Assembly: GCA_038087875.1 (NCBI GenBank)
Contig: CM075981.1
Coordinates: forward strand, 54,064,001-54,128,000
DNA from: Malacoraja senta
Lineage: Eukaryota
Direction: 5' to 3'
Length of the DNA stretch: 64,000 nt
This document shows positions 1 to 13,287 of this stretch, piece by piece (position 1 is the stretch's first letter; each line of letters begins with the position of its first letter). Below the pieces are notes generated by a model. It did no database searches and was not told where the DNA came from. It was given only the letters and a program-made list of their open reading frames with translations. Both the position numbers and the translations under genes were made by a program.

Positions 1-344
1 CACCTCAGTGTTTCCAGTGATTCAGTACTTGCTCTTGAATAGTCCTTGGAGACTGTCTCACTTTCTGAATAAGGGAACTAAAATAACCGGCAGCTTTCCG
101 AATGCTGCATACTTTCTGCTATCACGATGGCCAACAGTAAAACAAAATGCTGCTTGTCTTGCAATTAAATGCAATTGATTTATATCAAATTGCAGGCCTG
201 ATTCAAGAGGCTTCTGTTTGGATTCACTCATATCTTTCTCAGCACTACTCCCTCACTCTTACATCCGAAAAAATGAATATGGATTGTCCATATAATGCAA
301 CATTTATTGCTTTGGTTAAATTCATAATCCGTGGATTGCGAAGG

Positions 345-732
345 AACTGTATATAAGACCTCAGGACATTAAAAGTGCTCCACAGCCAATGAAGTATTTA
401 CTGAGGTAGATTTTCATCTAATTTAAGAAATTCAGACATGCAACCAACTGGGCCTCAGTAATGCCCTGCAAGTAACGATGAAATAAATGACCACATAACC
501 TATCTTGTGGTCAACAGTGTCAACTTTAGACAAGGTAATTGGGAAAGGTCCATTTTGTACATGAATGTGGGAGGACAGGAGCTCAGATCAACATCTCATT
601 AAAAAGACAGCACCGCTGACAATGCAGCGCTGATGCTGAAACGCTTCAGCCTAAATTATTCCCTCAAATCCCTGGAAGCGGCATTTGAATCTTGAAACTC
701 CAAAGCGAGAATGCTGCCATTGAGCCAAGCCA
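345..732 (-). mobile_element. Ancient Deu-SINE (SacSINE1/AmnSINE1-like) remnant
   Basis: minus strand tRNA-like head ggctcaatggcagcattctcgc, then gctgcattgtcagcggtgctgtcttt and tacttcattggctgtggagcactt; recalled consensus, diverged. Confidence 0.55.
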
Positions 733-1499
733 AACATACTGCTGTTCCAAGCTGCTTGTAAGTGCATTGCATTTTAAACCATTTTTTGCATCAGTGCTCA
801 GCTGTCATGTATTGCGAAGCCAGTCTTCATATTCTGATTCAAGCTGAATTTTAACATATGTGGGCAGATGATTTAGTTTAACTGTCTCATTTACCACATC
901 ATCTGAGAGGAAGGATCCGTGATTATAATTACACTCGACAATGAGTTTATTTTATCACTTTTGTGCTCTCACATAAATTGGACAAATACCATTAGCAGAA
1001 CATAAATTTACGTGGCACTGGCTTAACATTATTACAGGTACATTTTTGTTTGCTATAACACAGCAGAGAGAAAGAAATACCTACCATCTAATAAGTTATT
1101 ATTGTGAGCATTAACACCCATAACCAAAACAAATGTAATGAATGTGATTTGCATGTGACTGAGCCACTGGTAGGTGGAATCCTTTAGCAATGCTCCTTAT
1201 TAAGCCACAACACTTAATAATTTGTATATTAGAATTTCATTTAAAATCTTTGTGTGAGCAACTGCTGACACGATTAAATGCATCCTGCAACTGCCTCGAG
1301 GGTGAAATCTTATTTTTATACCAAATAAATTACGCAGGAAGATAGAACTACACATTTCTGGTCAACATCGTTAATAGTTTTGGCACCAAATGCTTCCCGA
1401 TTAAATGGAAATCACTAAAGTGATGTTGTGATATGTCTCCTGCAACACAGAAGGAAAACAAAACATTAGAATAAAAGGGCAAAGCAAAAGTCATTACTT

Positions 1500-1699
1500 N
1501 NNNNNNNNNNNNNNNNNNNNNNNNNNNNNNNNNNNNNNNNNNNNNNNNNNNNNNNNNNNNNNNNNNNNNNNNNNNNNNNNNNNNNNNNNNNNNNNNNNNN
1601 NNNNNNNNNNNNNNNNNNNNNNNNNNNNNNNNNNNNNNNNNNNNNNNNNNNNNNNNNNNNNNNNNNNNNNNNNNNNNNNNNNNNNNNNNNNNNNNNNNN
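1500..1699. other. Assembly gap (200 N)
   Basis: run of N. Confidence 1.
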
Positions 1700-1778
1700 A
1701 TGAAGCCCAACCAGTTACACCAGGAAATGCTGGTGTTTCACAGGAAAATTCCCAGCCATTATTCCCAATTAGCAGTTA

Positions 1779-2334
1779 AGGGCCTGTCCCACCAGCATGC
1801 GATTGAATGCGTCTAGCGCGACCAAACGTGGTGGCTTGAGGCGTACGGCCTCGCGGGGCCGGTCCCACTTCCAACCGCGGAGCCGTCTGGAGTTGTGCGG
1901 AGCTGGTCCCGACATCATACTCACCAATCAGCTGGGCAGGAGGCGGGCCGACTGAATTTGGACGTCGCACGGCGTCGGGCGGTTGCGTCATCACGCAACG
2001 GCATGCCGGGCGGTTACGTCATCGCGCAACGCCATGCACTAGGCGTACGCCGTTAAGACGCGTATGGCGTCAAGACGCTGCGTACGGCGTCGAGGCGGTG
2101 CGTGTGGCGTCGAGGCGGTGCGTGCGGCGTCGAAGCGGTACGTGCGGCCTCCATGCGGCAGCAGGCCTGCAGGCCTTTGCCGCGCGAAATTTATGAACAC
2201 TGTCAGTTTTTCGGAGCCCCCCGCGATGTTGGGACCAGCTCCGCACAACTCCATGTGGCTCCGCCGATCGAAGTGGGACCGGCCCTTTAGGTCGCGCTAG
2301 CCGCATGCAGTCGCATGCTCGTGGGACAGGCCCT
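1779..2334. mobile_element. Harbinger/PIF-type MITE with a nested second inverted-repeat element and 20-bp tandem repeats
   Basis: 45-bp TIR agggcctgtcccac...gcgcgacc with 4 mismatches; TTA TSD confirmed by the empty site at 47366-47368. Confidence 0.85.
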
Positions 2335-3316
2335 TTACTTGATTTTGGGCGTGTGTGTGAAAGGAGTCAAACTGGGATGATGGTTCAAGTGTGGAACTTG
2401 AATAGGGATTGGATTGGAATTCTCTGTCACAGAAGGCAGCAGAGGCCAATTCACTGCATGTTTTCAAGAGTGAGTTAGGTGTAGCCCTTAGAGCGATAAC
2501 GGAATCAAGGGATATGGGGAAGCAGGAACGGGGTACTGATTTTGGCTGACCAGCCATGATCATATTCAATGGTGGTTGAAGGACCGAATGGATACTCCTG
2601 TGCTTATTTGCTATGTTTCTATGAATACTTCTGTCCCCGTTCTGCTCCAGTGACCTTATCATTGAGTCTAACAGGACAACTTAGGAAACTCTGAAGAATT
2701 TCCAGTGGAGGCTGGGTCTGGGATTCTTATCTGCTGAGCGTGCCTAGGAGCCTGGAGCAAGCAAATGAATGGGAGGCAAAAGAAATGTCCCGACACAAAA
2801 CGTTGCCTATTTCTCTCCAGTGATGCTGCCTGACCCGCTGAGTTACTCCAACATTTTGTGTCTATCTTCGAATGGGAGACATCAACTGCTGGAGGAAAGG
2901 CTTTTATTGTTATTTAAGTCAATTTCAATATTCGAATTGATTTTTAATGTTTTGAGCGTTTCAAATGTTTAAAAAAATTGCCACCAACATTTCGATTTTT
3001 TTTTTACCTCAAGCTGGGTGTTGCTTGATGACGTACACAAACATTAAATGGCCCTGAACAGACTGACAGCTTTGATGGCTCATGAATCTGTGGTAAAGGG
3101 GATTAGGACAGCACAGTGTATGAGGAAGCCAACCAGCGGCACTGAGGTGGGCTCTCTGGTGTGATGACCCACACTCACCAGGACCCACAGGAACAAACAG
3201 TGGTCCAGGATCAGGCAGCCCCTGATGTTGGGGGCAGCAGAAAATCTGCCTCAATCAGTGCAGATTCAATTTTGCAAGAAATATAATTCTGTTGTGTGCT
3301 TTGGTTGAAATTTGGT

Positions 3317-3660
3317 CATAAGGAGCAAATTAGGCCATTTGGCCCATAAAGTCTGCTCCACCATTCAATCATGGCTGATCTATCTCTCCCTCCTTACCCC
3401 ATTCACCTGCCTTCTCCCCATAACCCCGGACACCTGTACTAATCAAGAATCTGTCAATCTCCACCTTGAAAATATCCATTGAGTTGGCCTCCATAGCCTT
3501 CTGTGGCAATGAACTCCACAGATTCACCATCTAACTGCAGAAATCCGTCTTCATCTCCTTCCTAAAGGAATGTCCTTTAATTCTGAGTATAACCTCTAGT
3601 CCTAGACTCTCCCACTAGTGGAAACATCCTCTCCACATCCAATCTATCCAAGCCTTTCAA
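3317..3660 (-). mobile_element. CR1/HER1-like LINE 3' fragment
   Basis: reverse of the family 3' end (ccattcaatcatggctgatc; SRTRG.SLRIKG region). Confidence 0.75.
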
Positions 3661-4062
3661 ATTCCGACCTTGATGTAAATTCTGCCTTCACTTAATGTCT
3701 GTCTTCTCAGATTGAACGTGGTCAATAACTTTTCTCATTATTTTCCACCTTCACTGCTTGGGAAGTAAACCTTTACAGACAAAGGCACCAATGTTAGTTT
3801 TCATTTCTTAGATAAGTTCTATCTACTCAAACCTCAACAGTGAGCATTGGTCACATTGAGCTCACTTGAAAGTACACTTATGGTTGGTCTGCTGGCAAAC
3901 ATTGCCTGTGCAGACTCCAGAAAGAGAAGTTCAATATTTCTCTCTACATGTTGTTTCTAACATATGTGAAATTGTTCTCTGCCATGGTTTATTCTTAATT
4001 GTAGGTCTGGCAATAAATCTGCCAATTGCACATTTTGCACTTGGAAAATACCATGAGGTACA

Positions 4063-4590
4063 GTTTAATTTAGTTTAGTTTATTGTCAGGTGTACAGTGA
4101 AAAGCTTTTGTTGTGTGCTTACCAGTCAGCGGAAAGACAATACATGATTACAATTATGTAATTCACAGTGTACAGATTCAGTATAAGGGAATAATCTTAA
4201 GTGCAAGATAAAGAGAGGAGATTAAGATGATCATAATTAATGTAAGAAATGTTGCTGTAGGAGTAGAGTTTTAAAAGAATGGAGCGATTCAGTTCGGTTT
4301 AGTTCATTGTCACGTGTACCGAGGCAGAGTGAAAAGCCTTTGTTGCGTGCTAACCAATCAACAGAAAGACAATACATGATTGCAATCAATCCATCCACAG
4401 TGTACAGATACAGGATAAAGGGTATAACGTTATTGCAAGATAAAATCCAGTAAAGTCCGATTAAAGATAGTTCTAAGTTCTCCAATGGAGTAGATGGGAG
4501 ATCAGGACGGCTCTTTAGTTGGTGAGAGGACGGTTCAGTTGCCTGATAATAGCGTTCAGTGCAAGATAAAGTCCAGTAAAGTCAATCGAT
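4063..4590 (-). repeat. Tandem copies of a LINE 3' end with (TTTAG)n tail (Rex/L2-like); other copies at ~11940-12145, ~12525-12770 and ~58665
   Basis: shared ttattgtcacgtgtaccgaggtacagtgaaaagc...acagtgtacagata; clade assignment tentative. Confidence 0.6.
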
Positions 4591-5239
4591 CGATTGTAGT
4601 GTGTGAGTGCAGATCTGCTTCTGTGATTAGTATGCAAATAGATCCCTGGGTTGGGCGCCATCCTGGATGAAAGCCTAAACTATAAATTGGAATTATCTTC
4701 AGGTAAAATAATACACAAGTACAGAAAAACATTGGTAAGAGATGCTGCACTACATATTCATACCATTTCTATTTACAAAATATTCAGGTGAGTTTTAACT
4801 TCCCTCAGCAAGTTTTCAGTGAGGCAAATGAAAGTACACAAATCTTCTTAAAGAGCTCAATCCATCTCCTGCAAACATCGCTTCCACATCTAATAAAAGG
4901 AAAATAAAATGTATCTATATAACATGAGAAACGTTCCAATATTTTTGAAAACAATTTTTCTGCACAGTTCAAATACCACCCATTTTCACAACCTGGGGCC
5001 TAGAGGAGGCTGACCATAATCGTCTTGTTTCCAGGTATACCTTTCAACCAGCCTAAATTCATTCGTGAACATAGTGTGTACAGTTTAAACAAACTATGCT
5101 AAGTTGTTGTCAGCAACTCTGACAGTGTATAAGTATCAACTGCACCAATGGGATTAGAATAAACAAGTTTTATTTCAAAAATGACACATTGTCAATGACA
5201 ATACAAGAAATAGGAGCAGACTGATCTGGTCTGATATGG

Positions 5240-6097
5240 ATACAAGGGACTGCAGATGTTAGCTTACAAAAGAAGACACAAAGTGCTGGCGTAACTCAGT
5301 GGGTCAGGCAGCATCTCTGGAGAATATGGATAGGTCACATTTTGGGTGGTGACCCTTCTTCAGACTGAGGAGGGACAGGACAAACTCTGGCAGGTAATAG
5401 GCTGCTACAGGTGAGATAGAGATTCATGTGAACCTCCTCTAACCTCATCTACTGCATGCTGTGTTCCCAATGTGGCCTCCTGTACATCAGCGAGACCATG
5501 CGTTGACTCAGCAACTGTTTCGTCGAACATTTGCTCTCAATCCACGATGGCCAAAGTGATCTGCCGGTTGCCAACCAATTTAACTCCTCTACCCATTCCC
5601 ATTTTGTTCTTTCTGTCCTGGGCCACCTCCCTTGCCGCAAACAAACGGGAGGAAGGACTCTTTGTATTCCGCTTGGGTAGTGTACAACCCAGCGGTATGA
5701 ACATTCAATTCTCCAATTTTAAATAACCAGAAAACCATCCCCCTCTACTTTCTTCCCCCTAGACAACACACCCTCCTCCCCTGTGCCTACACACGGATCT
5801 ATTTCTCCCCTCCCCCTCCCCTTCCTTCTTACAGCTTCACATTTCACAACTCTTCACACCTTTTGTCTTTTCCTCCCTGGCCTTTGGCTGGTACCTTTCT
5901 ATCAATCCCCCCACCCCCTCACCTGCACCAGACTATTATCTGCCAGGCTTTGTCCTGTTCCTCCTCTCTTCCAGCTTTCTATACCCCCCCCCCCCACTAA
6001 TCAGTCCCAAAGAAGGGTCCCGACCTGAAACATCACCTATCCATGTTCTCCAGAGATGCTGCCTGGCCTGCTGACTTACTCCAGCACCTTGTGTCTG
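5240..6097 (+). mobile_element. Older truncated Penelope-like element: inverted pLTR + GIY-YIG remnant + pLTR
   Basis: 5430-5720 resembles 50520-50830; inverted pLTR at ~5245-5370; near-TSD gatctggt(c/t)tgat on both sides. Confidence 0.7.
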
Positions 6098-6733
6098 GAT
6101 CTGGTTTGATTATTGCTCTCCACTTCTCCTCCATGCTTGTTCTATATATGCCTCGATTCTTTTCTAGTCCAAACATCTAATTCTGTCAGTCTAGACGATG
6201 TTTAACCTCCTCAGCTCTCTAGGGTGGAGAATTCTAAAGATTCACAACTTTCTGAGAGAAGAAGAATACTGCTAATCTCTGGAAGTACTGCACAACCAGC
6301 AATACATGTGACTGTTCCCCAGTCTTATATTCCCCATGCCATTGACTTGGCCAATCCCCTCAGAATCTTGTTTCAATAAGATCGACTCATGCTTCTAAAA
6401 TCCAGGGTTTAAAGGCCCAATTTACTCACTTTCCAAGTTAAACAATCTCTGCTTTCCAAAATTAAATCTTAATGAAATGCAGAGATGCTAGATTGAGGAC
6501 AGTGGTAAACTGGCCCATACCTTGCTGTTGATGTTTTGTCTTCTGCCTCTCAAATCCCACATGCTTGAGTCTTTGAGTGCTCATGGAAGATGTCATGTTA
6601 CTGGTTAGAATATTGTCTGGTGTTCTGATTAATGTTCCACAGAAAGATAGTTTTGGTACAGAAACCGAACAGCAGTATGATATCAGACACCAAAGAACAA
6701 GAAGTGATTTCAAAAACTTGGAAGTATCTTATC

Positions 6734-7036
6734 AACAGTGAGAGACCCGGGTTTGATCCTGACTATGGGTGCTGTCTGTATGGAGTTTGTACGTTCTCCC
6801 CGTGACCGTGTGGGTTTTTCCTGGGTGCTCCGGTTTCCTCCCACACTCCAAAGACATTTGTAGGTTCATTTGGCTTTGGTAAAGATTGCAATTTATCCCT
6901 AGTGTGTAGGATAGTGTAGGATAGTGCCAGTGTACGGGGTTGATCACAGGTTGGTGCAGACTCGGTGGGCCAAAGGGCGTGTTTCTGTGTTGTATTTCTA
7001 AACTAAACTAAACTAAACTAAACTAAACTAAACTAA
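6734..7036 (+). mobile_element. HE1/V-SINE-like tRNA-derived SINE with (CTAAA)n tail
   Basis: B-box ggtttgatcc, V-domain ctccggtttcctcccaca, CR1-like tail. Confidence 0.8.
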
Positions 7037-7094
7037 GCAACAAGGACCATGAGATATCATTTGCAATGTCCTGATCAGGAATAAATAGATGATT

Positions 7095-7595
7095 TTAGAC
7101 AATAGATAATAGACAATAGGTGCAGGAGTGCTGGCTCGAGGGGCCATTTCAATGAGATCATGGCTGATCATCCACAATCAGTACCCCATTCCTGCCATCT
7201 CCCCATATCCCTTGACTCCGCTATCTTTAAGAGCTCTGTCTAGTTCTCTCTTGAAAGTATCCAGAGAACCGGCCTCCACCGCCATCTGAGGCAGAGAATT
7301 CCACAGACACAACTCTGTGTGAAAAAGTTTTTCCTCATCTCCGTTCTAAATGGCTTACCCCTTATTCTTAAACTGTGGCCCCTGGTTCTGGACTCCCCCA
7401 ACATTGGGAACAATTTTCTTGCCTCTAGCGTATCCAAACCCTTAATAATCTTAAATAAGATATCCTCTCATCCTTCTAAATTCCAGAGTATACAAGCCCA
7501 GCAGATGACAGTCCCGCCATCCCGGGAATTAACCTGGTGAACCTACGCTGCACTCCTTCAATAGCAAGAATGTCCTTCTTCAAATTGGGAGGCCA
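7095..7595 (-). mobile_element. CR1/HER1-like LINE 3' fragment
   Basis: IEGVQRRFTRLIPGM and ESRTRGHSLRIRGKPFRTEMRKNFFTQ translations. Confidence 0.85.
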
Positions 7596-8479
7596 AATTT
7601 TGGATAAAGAATGTGAATGCCTCTTCAGGTGAAATACTTTGCAAAGAAATAGATGGATGTTTGAAACAATCTGCCAAGGAGGAACTGACAAAATTAGCAA
7701 TTAATGGTTGGTTACTGCACGAGTTGGTAATTTTCCCCATCAGTGTGGGTGTTCAGTGACAGGCTGTGACTCGGGATGTGGATTGAGCTGGAACAGTGGG
7801 TGTCAGCACATCTCTCCATGTCTGCCATAACTGGTGCTGTTTAAATGTTGTACAAGTGAAAATGTTAACCTTGTAACTGTTGAACTGGACGGTGGGAGAG
7901 GGAAACCAAAGCAGCTTGAACTTGGGAAGCAGATACATTGATTGATACTTTTCCCACAGCACTCGTTCAAGCTGTAGGTTGTCCATTACCTCTTATATTC
8001 TCCCACCCAACAATTAGAACATTTATTCTAAACACAAGTGCTTGCTTTGTTTTAACATGTTATGTGTATTATCAATCTTTTGGGAGAGATTGTTAAAGCA
8101 TAAGTTCTTGTAAATGTACCTTCTGGGTGGGTTTATAAGATCCTATGGCAACTCAATGAAGAATTGGAGCATTACTCCTCTTGCTCTGGCCAATCTGTCT
8201 CCTTCATACAAGTTTTGTGTGATCAGATATTTTCTCGCGTTTAAGAAAGAACTGCAGATGCTGGAAACATCGAAGGTAGACATAAATGCTGGAGAAACTG
8301 AGCGGGTGAGGCAGCATCTATGGAGCGAAGGAATAGGTGACATTTCGGGTCGAGACCCTTCTTCACACTGATTTTCTCTCATTATCTCTTACTTTGTGGA
8401 ATTTTGTGCACAGTTTTGACAGCAGCAATGTTTCCTACAATGATGTGGCAAATGCACTTTAAAATACTTAAGTGCAAGC

Positions 8480-8892
8480 TAGGACACTATTCCTTGGAGT
8501 GCAGAAGGATGAGAGGTAATCTTATGGAGGTGTACAAAATCTTGTGAGGGATAGATTGGTTAGACGCACAGAGTCTCTTGCCCAGGGTAGGGGAATTGAG
8601 AACCAGAGGACATAGGTTTAAGGTGAGGTGGGGAAAGATTTAATAGCAACCTGAGAGGCAACTTTTTCACACAAAGGGTGGCGGGAGTATGGAACGAGCT
8701 GCTGGAGGAGGTAGTTGAGGCAGGTACTATCGCAAAATTTAAGAAACATTTGTAAAAGTACATGGATAGGACCGGTTTAGAGGGATATGGGTAAAACGCA
8801 GGCAGGTGGGACTAGTGTAGATGGGGCATTTTGGTCGGTGTGGGCAAGTTGGGCTGAGGAGCCTGTTTCCGCACTGTATGATTCTAGGACTC
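8480..8892 (+). mobile_element. CR1-like LINE 3' fragment
   Basis: RGNLMEVYKIL...RTRGHRFKV-type ORF2 end and 3'UTR. Confidence 0.8.
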
Positions 8893-10334
8893 TAAGTGGC
8901 TGAAAAGCACCTTGGCATGTTCTGAGTTCATGAAACATGCTACATGGCTCTAGAGGAGAGTACATAATTTATATGAGGAACTGTGATCACGTAAGTTTCT
9001 TCCTACTACCCAAAGACCTGCAGGTTTGTAGGTTAATTGGCTTCTAAAAATTGCTTCTAGTGTGTAGGAATCATGTAGAGATATTGTGAATGGGTGATCA
9101 ATGGTCATGGTGGGCTAAAGGGCCTGTTTCCATGCTGTATCCCAAACTAAACTAAGCTAAACATAGTACAATTTCAATAAAGGCATGGTTGCCAAGTAAA
9201 ATTGAGAACTTACAGTAAGTTTCACAAATTCCTCAATTTTCATTATGGTCCTTCCGACACCTGCCACCGTAGCTCATGGGAATGTTGGGCACTAATACGG
9301 GAGCAGATGTTCGATCCGCAAATGTTGCGTCAATACTTAAAAATCTGTCTCAAGCCCTCCATTGCGCAGCTGGACTTTATCCACACCCATCCTGCCTCTG
9401 ATCCTTTCCTTCCCCAACCGCGACCTTGGTCTTGGCCCCTCCCCTCCATCCTGATCATGTGCTCTTCCTTTGCCTCTGACTTTGTCCCTTCAAACGCCCT
9501 CATTTGTGCCTTAGTTCCTCATGCTGTTATCTTCGCCCCACCCCACTAAATAATCCAGCCCTTGCATTACAGCACCCCCACCCAGTTGCAGGTCTCACTA
9601 TGCCCACCCCTCTGTAGCCAACCTTTGTCCTGCCCCCTGACTATGTTAACCCAACCCTCCTTTACTTTCAAGGTCATAATTGCCCCCTGCATGATGCCCC
9701 CATACTGCATTCATCTTGGGTTTCTCCCCCATGACCATGACTGCTCTGTTTATCCTCTTTAAATGCAGAGGGTCCAATCTCTAATGCAACACCTTGGGAC
9801 TGATACATTATACAACTTAGCACCAGCAGGCTTGTGACAAATCTCCAGGAGCCTCCTGTGCACTGCTGCGTTAATTTGTCTTTCCATGGTGCATAAGGAT
9901 TTCTAGGCCATGTTCTTGCATTGCATTTATCACAATGACCATGGACTATTCTGCACTGACAGATGAAAAGTAGGTCACTTCCTTTTCCTTTTTTATCACT
10001 GACACCACACCCCTTGATGAGCAGAACATTTAAGTTTCTGTTGCTAAGATTGCCTGACTGCAGGAACGTTTGTTGTCTAAGTCTTCACCATATTTCATTG
10101 CGCTCACTTCTCGTCCAGCATTATAGAATTGGGTCAACAGGAATACACCGTTGGGCCGAGAATATTTAATTCTCCACAAAAAAAGACCACTCTGTATCTG
10201 CATTAGGGCAGAGGAACCAAGGATTAGAGGGTAAACGTTTAAGGTGAGAGGGGAAGGATTTAATAAGAATTTGAGGGACAACCTTTTCACAAAGAGGATG
10301 GTGGGTATATGGTATGAGTTGCCAGATTATGTAG

Positions 10335-10680
10335 GTAGACACAAAAAGCTGGAGTAACTCATCGGGGCAGACAGTATGTTGTTTAAGAAGGAACTGCAGA
10401 TGCTGGAAAATCGAAGGTACACAAAAATGCTGGAGAAACTCAGCGGGTGCAGCAGCATCTATGGAGCGAAGGAAATAGGCAACGTTTCGGGCTGAAACCC
10501 TTCTTCAGACGTTTCGGATCGAGATCCTTCTTCAGACTCTTCGTCTCTTTGAGTCTGAAGAAGGGTCTCGACCCGAAATTCACCCATTCCTTCTCTCCGG
10601 AGATACTGCCAGTCCCGCCGTTACTCTAGCCTTTTGTGTCTATCTTTAGTTTAAACCAGCATCTGCAGTTCCTTCCCAGA
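10335..10680. repeat. Nested and inverted pLTR cluster carrying three hammerhead motifs
   Basis: young pLTR ~10382-10510 (-) inside an older inverted pair; motifs at ~10478-10510 (-), ~10508-10538 (-) and ~10553-10583 (+). Confidence 0.75.
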
Positions 10681-13287
10681 CGGTGGAAGTAGGTAGGTCC
10701 AATAACAACATTTTAAAGACTTTTGTACAGGTGCATGGATTGGAAAGGTTGGGAGGGATTAGAGAGGCAAATGAGACGAGCTAAGATTGGGGAATCTTGG
10801 TCGGCATGGACGAGTTGGGCCAAAGGGCTTGTTTCATGCTGAATAACTATGGCTCTACCTGCATTTAGTTGTACATTCATGCTGATGGTGAGGTTTATCT
10901 TAAACTTGTTGCGTATATTATTTATTATCTATCACTACATACATTTGGAGGATCGGTGATGATCTGTGAAAATGGTCTGATATGCTATGGGTCGGTGAGT
11001 TTGATCTGCCCTTTCTCTGTTGAGATATGGTCCTGCAGGCTTCATCGTATTCAGGTAACCCTGTCTGTACAGCTCTTTGTAACTGCACTCCATGACTGTA
11101 CAGGACACCTTGGGCATGAGATTGGTCCTTGGTGGAAATGCAGAATGGGTGGTGAAAGAGTAGAGTACGATGAGAGCCCCTCCGTCTAAGTTGAGTGCTG
11201 AGGTCTGCTCCACTGTTTGTGACCATGTTCTCAGTCTCCCAAGTATTCTGCTCTTGCAGGCAGTTTAGGCTTGTGCTGACCTGGGCTATTGAGCACATCC
11301 AACATGGAAGATAAGCTCTCCCTGACTCTTGCCATCACCAGCCGAGAGATAGACCTTGGTCTATGGCCACATGAGTCTTGTCTTGAGGTAAAATCAGTAC
11401 TTGAAAAAAATCTATAACTTGTCAAATAGAAATGCACAAAGATGAAGCCAACTTTGAAGGTCTGATGGCCATGTAAATTGAGAGATGTCTTCTTGCAATA
11501 GGCAACACCACATTTCCACATCTGAGCTAGGTCATCTTAATGGGGGAAAACACAAGCACTGGTGAATATTAGTGCTGCATCTATGGCAGAGATGCATTCA
11601 ACACATTACACCTTTCCTAACGTACTGTGATGTTACAAAAACATATCTAAATTGGAGGCAGGAATTGGCAGATTCCAACCAGATTACCTGTGAGGAGAAA
11701 TAATTTTGTGGATATTAACTTTATTGGTGAATGATGTACTCCAATTCATACCCAGAAGCAAATGAGCACTGCCACTCCTATACGGTGAGCAAGGAAAAAT
11801 TACCCCCCTGGTATTATTAGGATGAGGTGTACGTTACTTACTCTCCAAGTAACATTATAATAACATAAAAGATGGCCAATATTTGAACAATGGAGAATAT
11901 CCCTATTCTTTAATTAATGCATGGGATGAGTTGATTTATGTTTAGTTTGTGCCAAGGTACAGTGTAAAGCTTTTGTTGTGTGCTAACCAATCAATGGAAA
12001 AACAATACGATAACAATTGAGCCATCCACAGTGTACAGATACATGATAACGGGAATAACGTGAATAACATGAAAAAAGCCAGTATAGTCCGATCAAAGGT
12101 AGCCCAAGCACCTCCAATGGGGTAGATAGTAGCTCAGGATTACTCATAATGGCATGTGTAGGAAGGAACTGCAAATGCTGGTTTAAATCGAAGATAGACA
12201 CATAATGCTGGAGTAACTCTGGAGGGGCAGGCAGCATCTCTGGAGAGAAGGAATGGGTGACGTTTCAGGTTGAGACCCTTCTTCAGACTGATGGCATGCA
12301 CTACATTTGATATCTATCCCATATTGTCCCTGCTGAGGCATTTGAGGTGGCAATTGTGAGTTAAATGTATTATTTATGGATCTGGATCATTAAAGCCAGA
12401 CAGGGTAGATTCAGCAGATTGCATTCCTTAGTGGATGTCACTTAACCAGAGGGCTTTGCAACAATCCAAAAATGCTGATACAAAAGTCTTTTTTTATTCC
12501 AAGTAGATTTAATTATTTGAATTTTAGTTTGGTTTAGTTTAGTTCATTATTATTATTGACACATGTACCGTGGTACAGTGAAAAACTTTTTTGTCGCGTG
12601 CTATGCAGTCGGCGAAAAGACTGTACACGATTACAATCAAGCCATCCACAGTGTACAGATGCAGGATAACGTTATCGCAAGATAAAGTCCCGGAAAGTCC
12701 GATGGGAGGTCAGGCCTGCTCTTTAGTTGGTGAGAGGACGATTCAGTTGCCTGACAACAGCCGGGAAGAAATTTTAATTTCCCCGCTACTTTGGTGGGAT
12801 TTGAACATGATCCCGGATCAATAATCCAGAGCTCGAGAGCATCGGTCGATTAATGTAAACAATCATTCCAGTCATTGACTCGAGAGATTGTCACAGCAAA
12901 AACTGAACACAAGACAATGTGACAAATATGCAGACAGGATGATAGTCAGAAAGAATATTGTCATAGTCAACAGATGGCACACTCTTTTCTGATCTTGTTT
13001 TGATTGAATTGTTGATCCGGGGCAAGGTCTGCTGCAAACTTGAGCAAACTGGTTATTTTCATTTTCAATGTGTACTGGTCTTGAACCGAGTACAATATTT
13101 ATTCAATATATGAAACTGGATCCATTCGTATGTGTTAAAAATGACACAGAGTCAGCACTGGAAGTAACATTGTCAACATTGGAAGTTAAGCAGTGACACT
13201 GAAGCAGCTAACAGCAATCTTGGATCTACAGCCATTTTATCTGTTTATTTATCCCTGATGTGTACCTGTGTATTTTGTGTACATCAC

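Noticed and set aside
1348-1710. ORFs spanning N runs (also 41636-42100)
   Set aside because: Artefacts of assembly gaps
10869-11521. Cluster of overlapping 90-126 aa ORFs as a gene or DIRS/LINE remnant
   Set aside because: No motif I can confidently recognise; needs BLASTX
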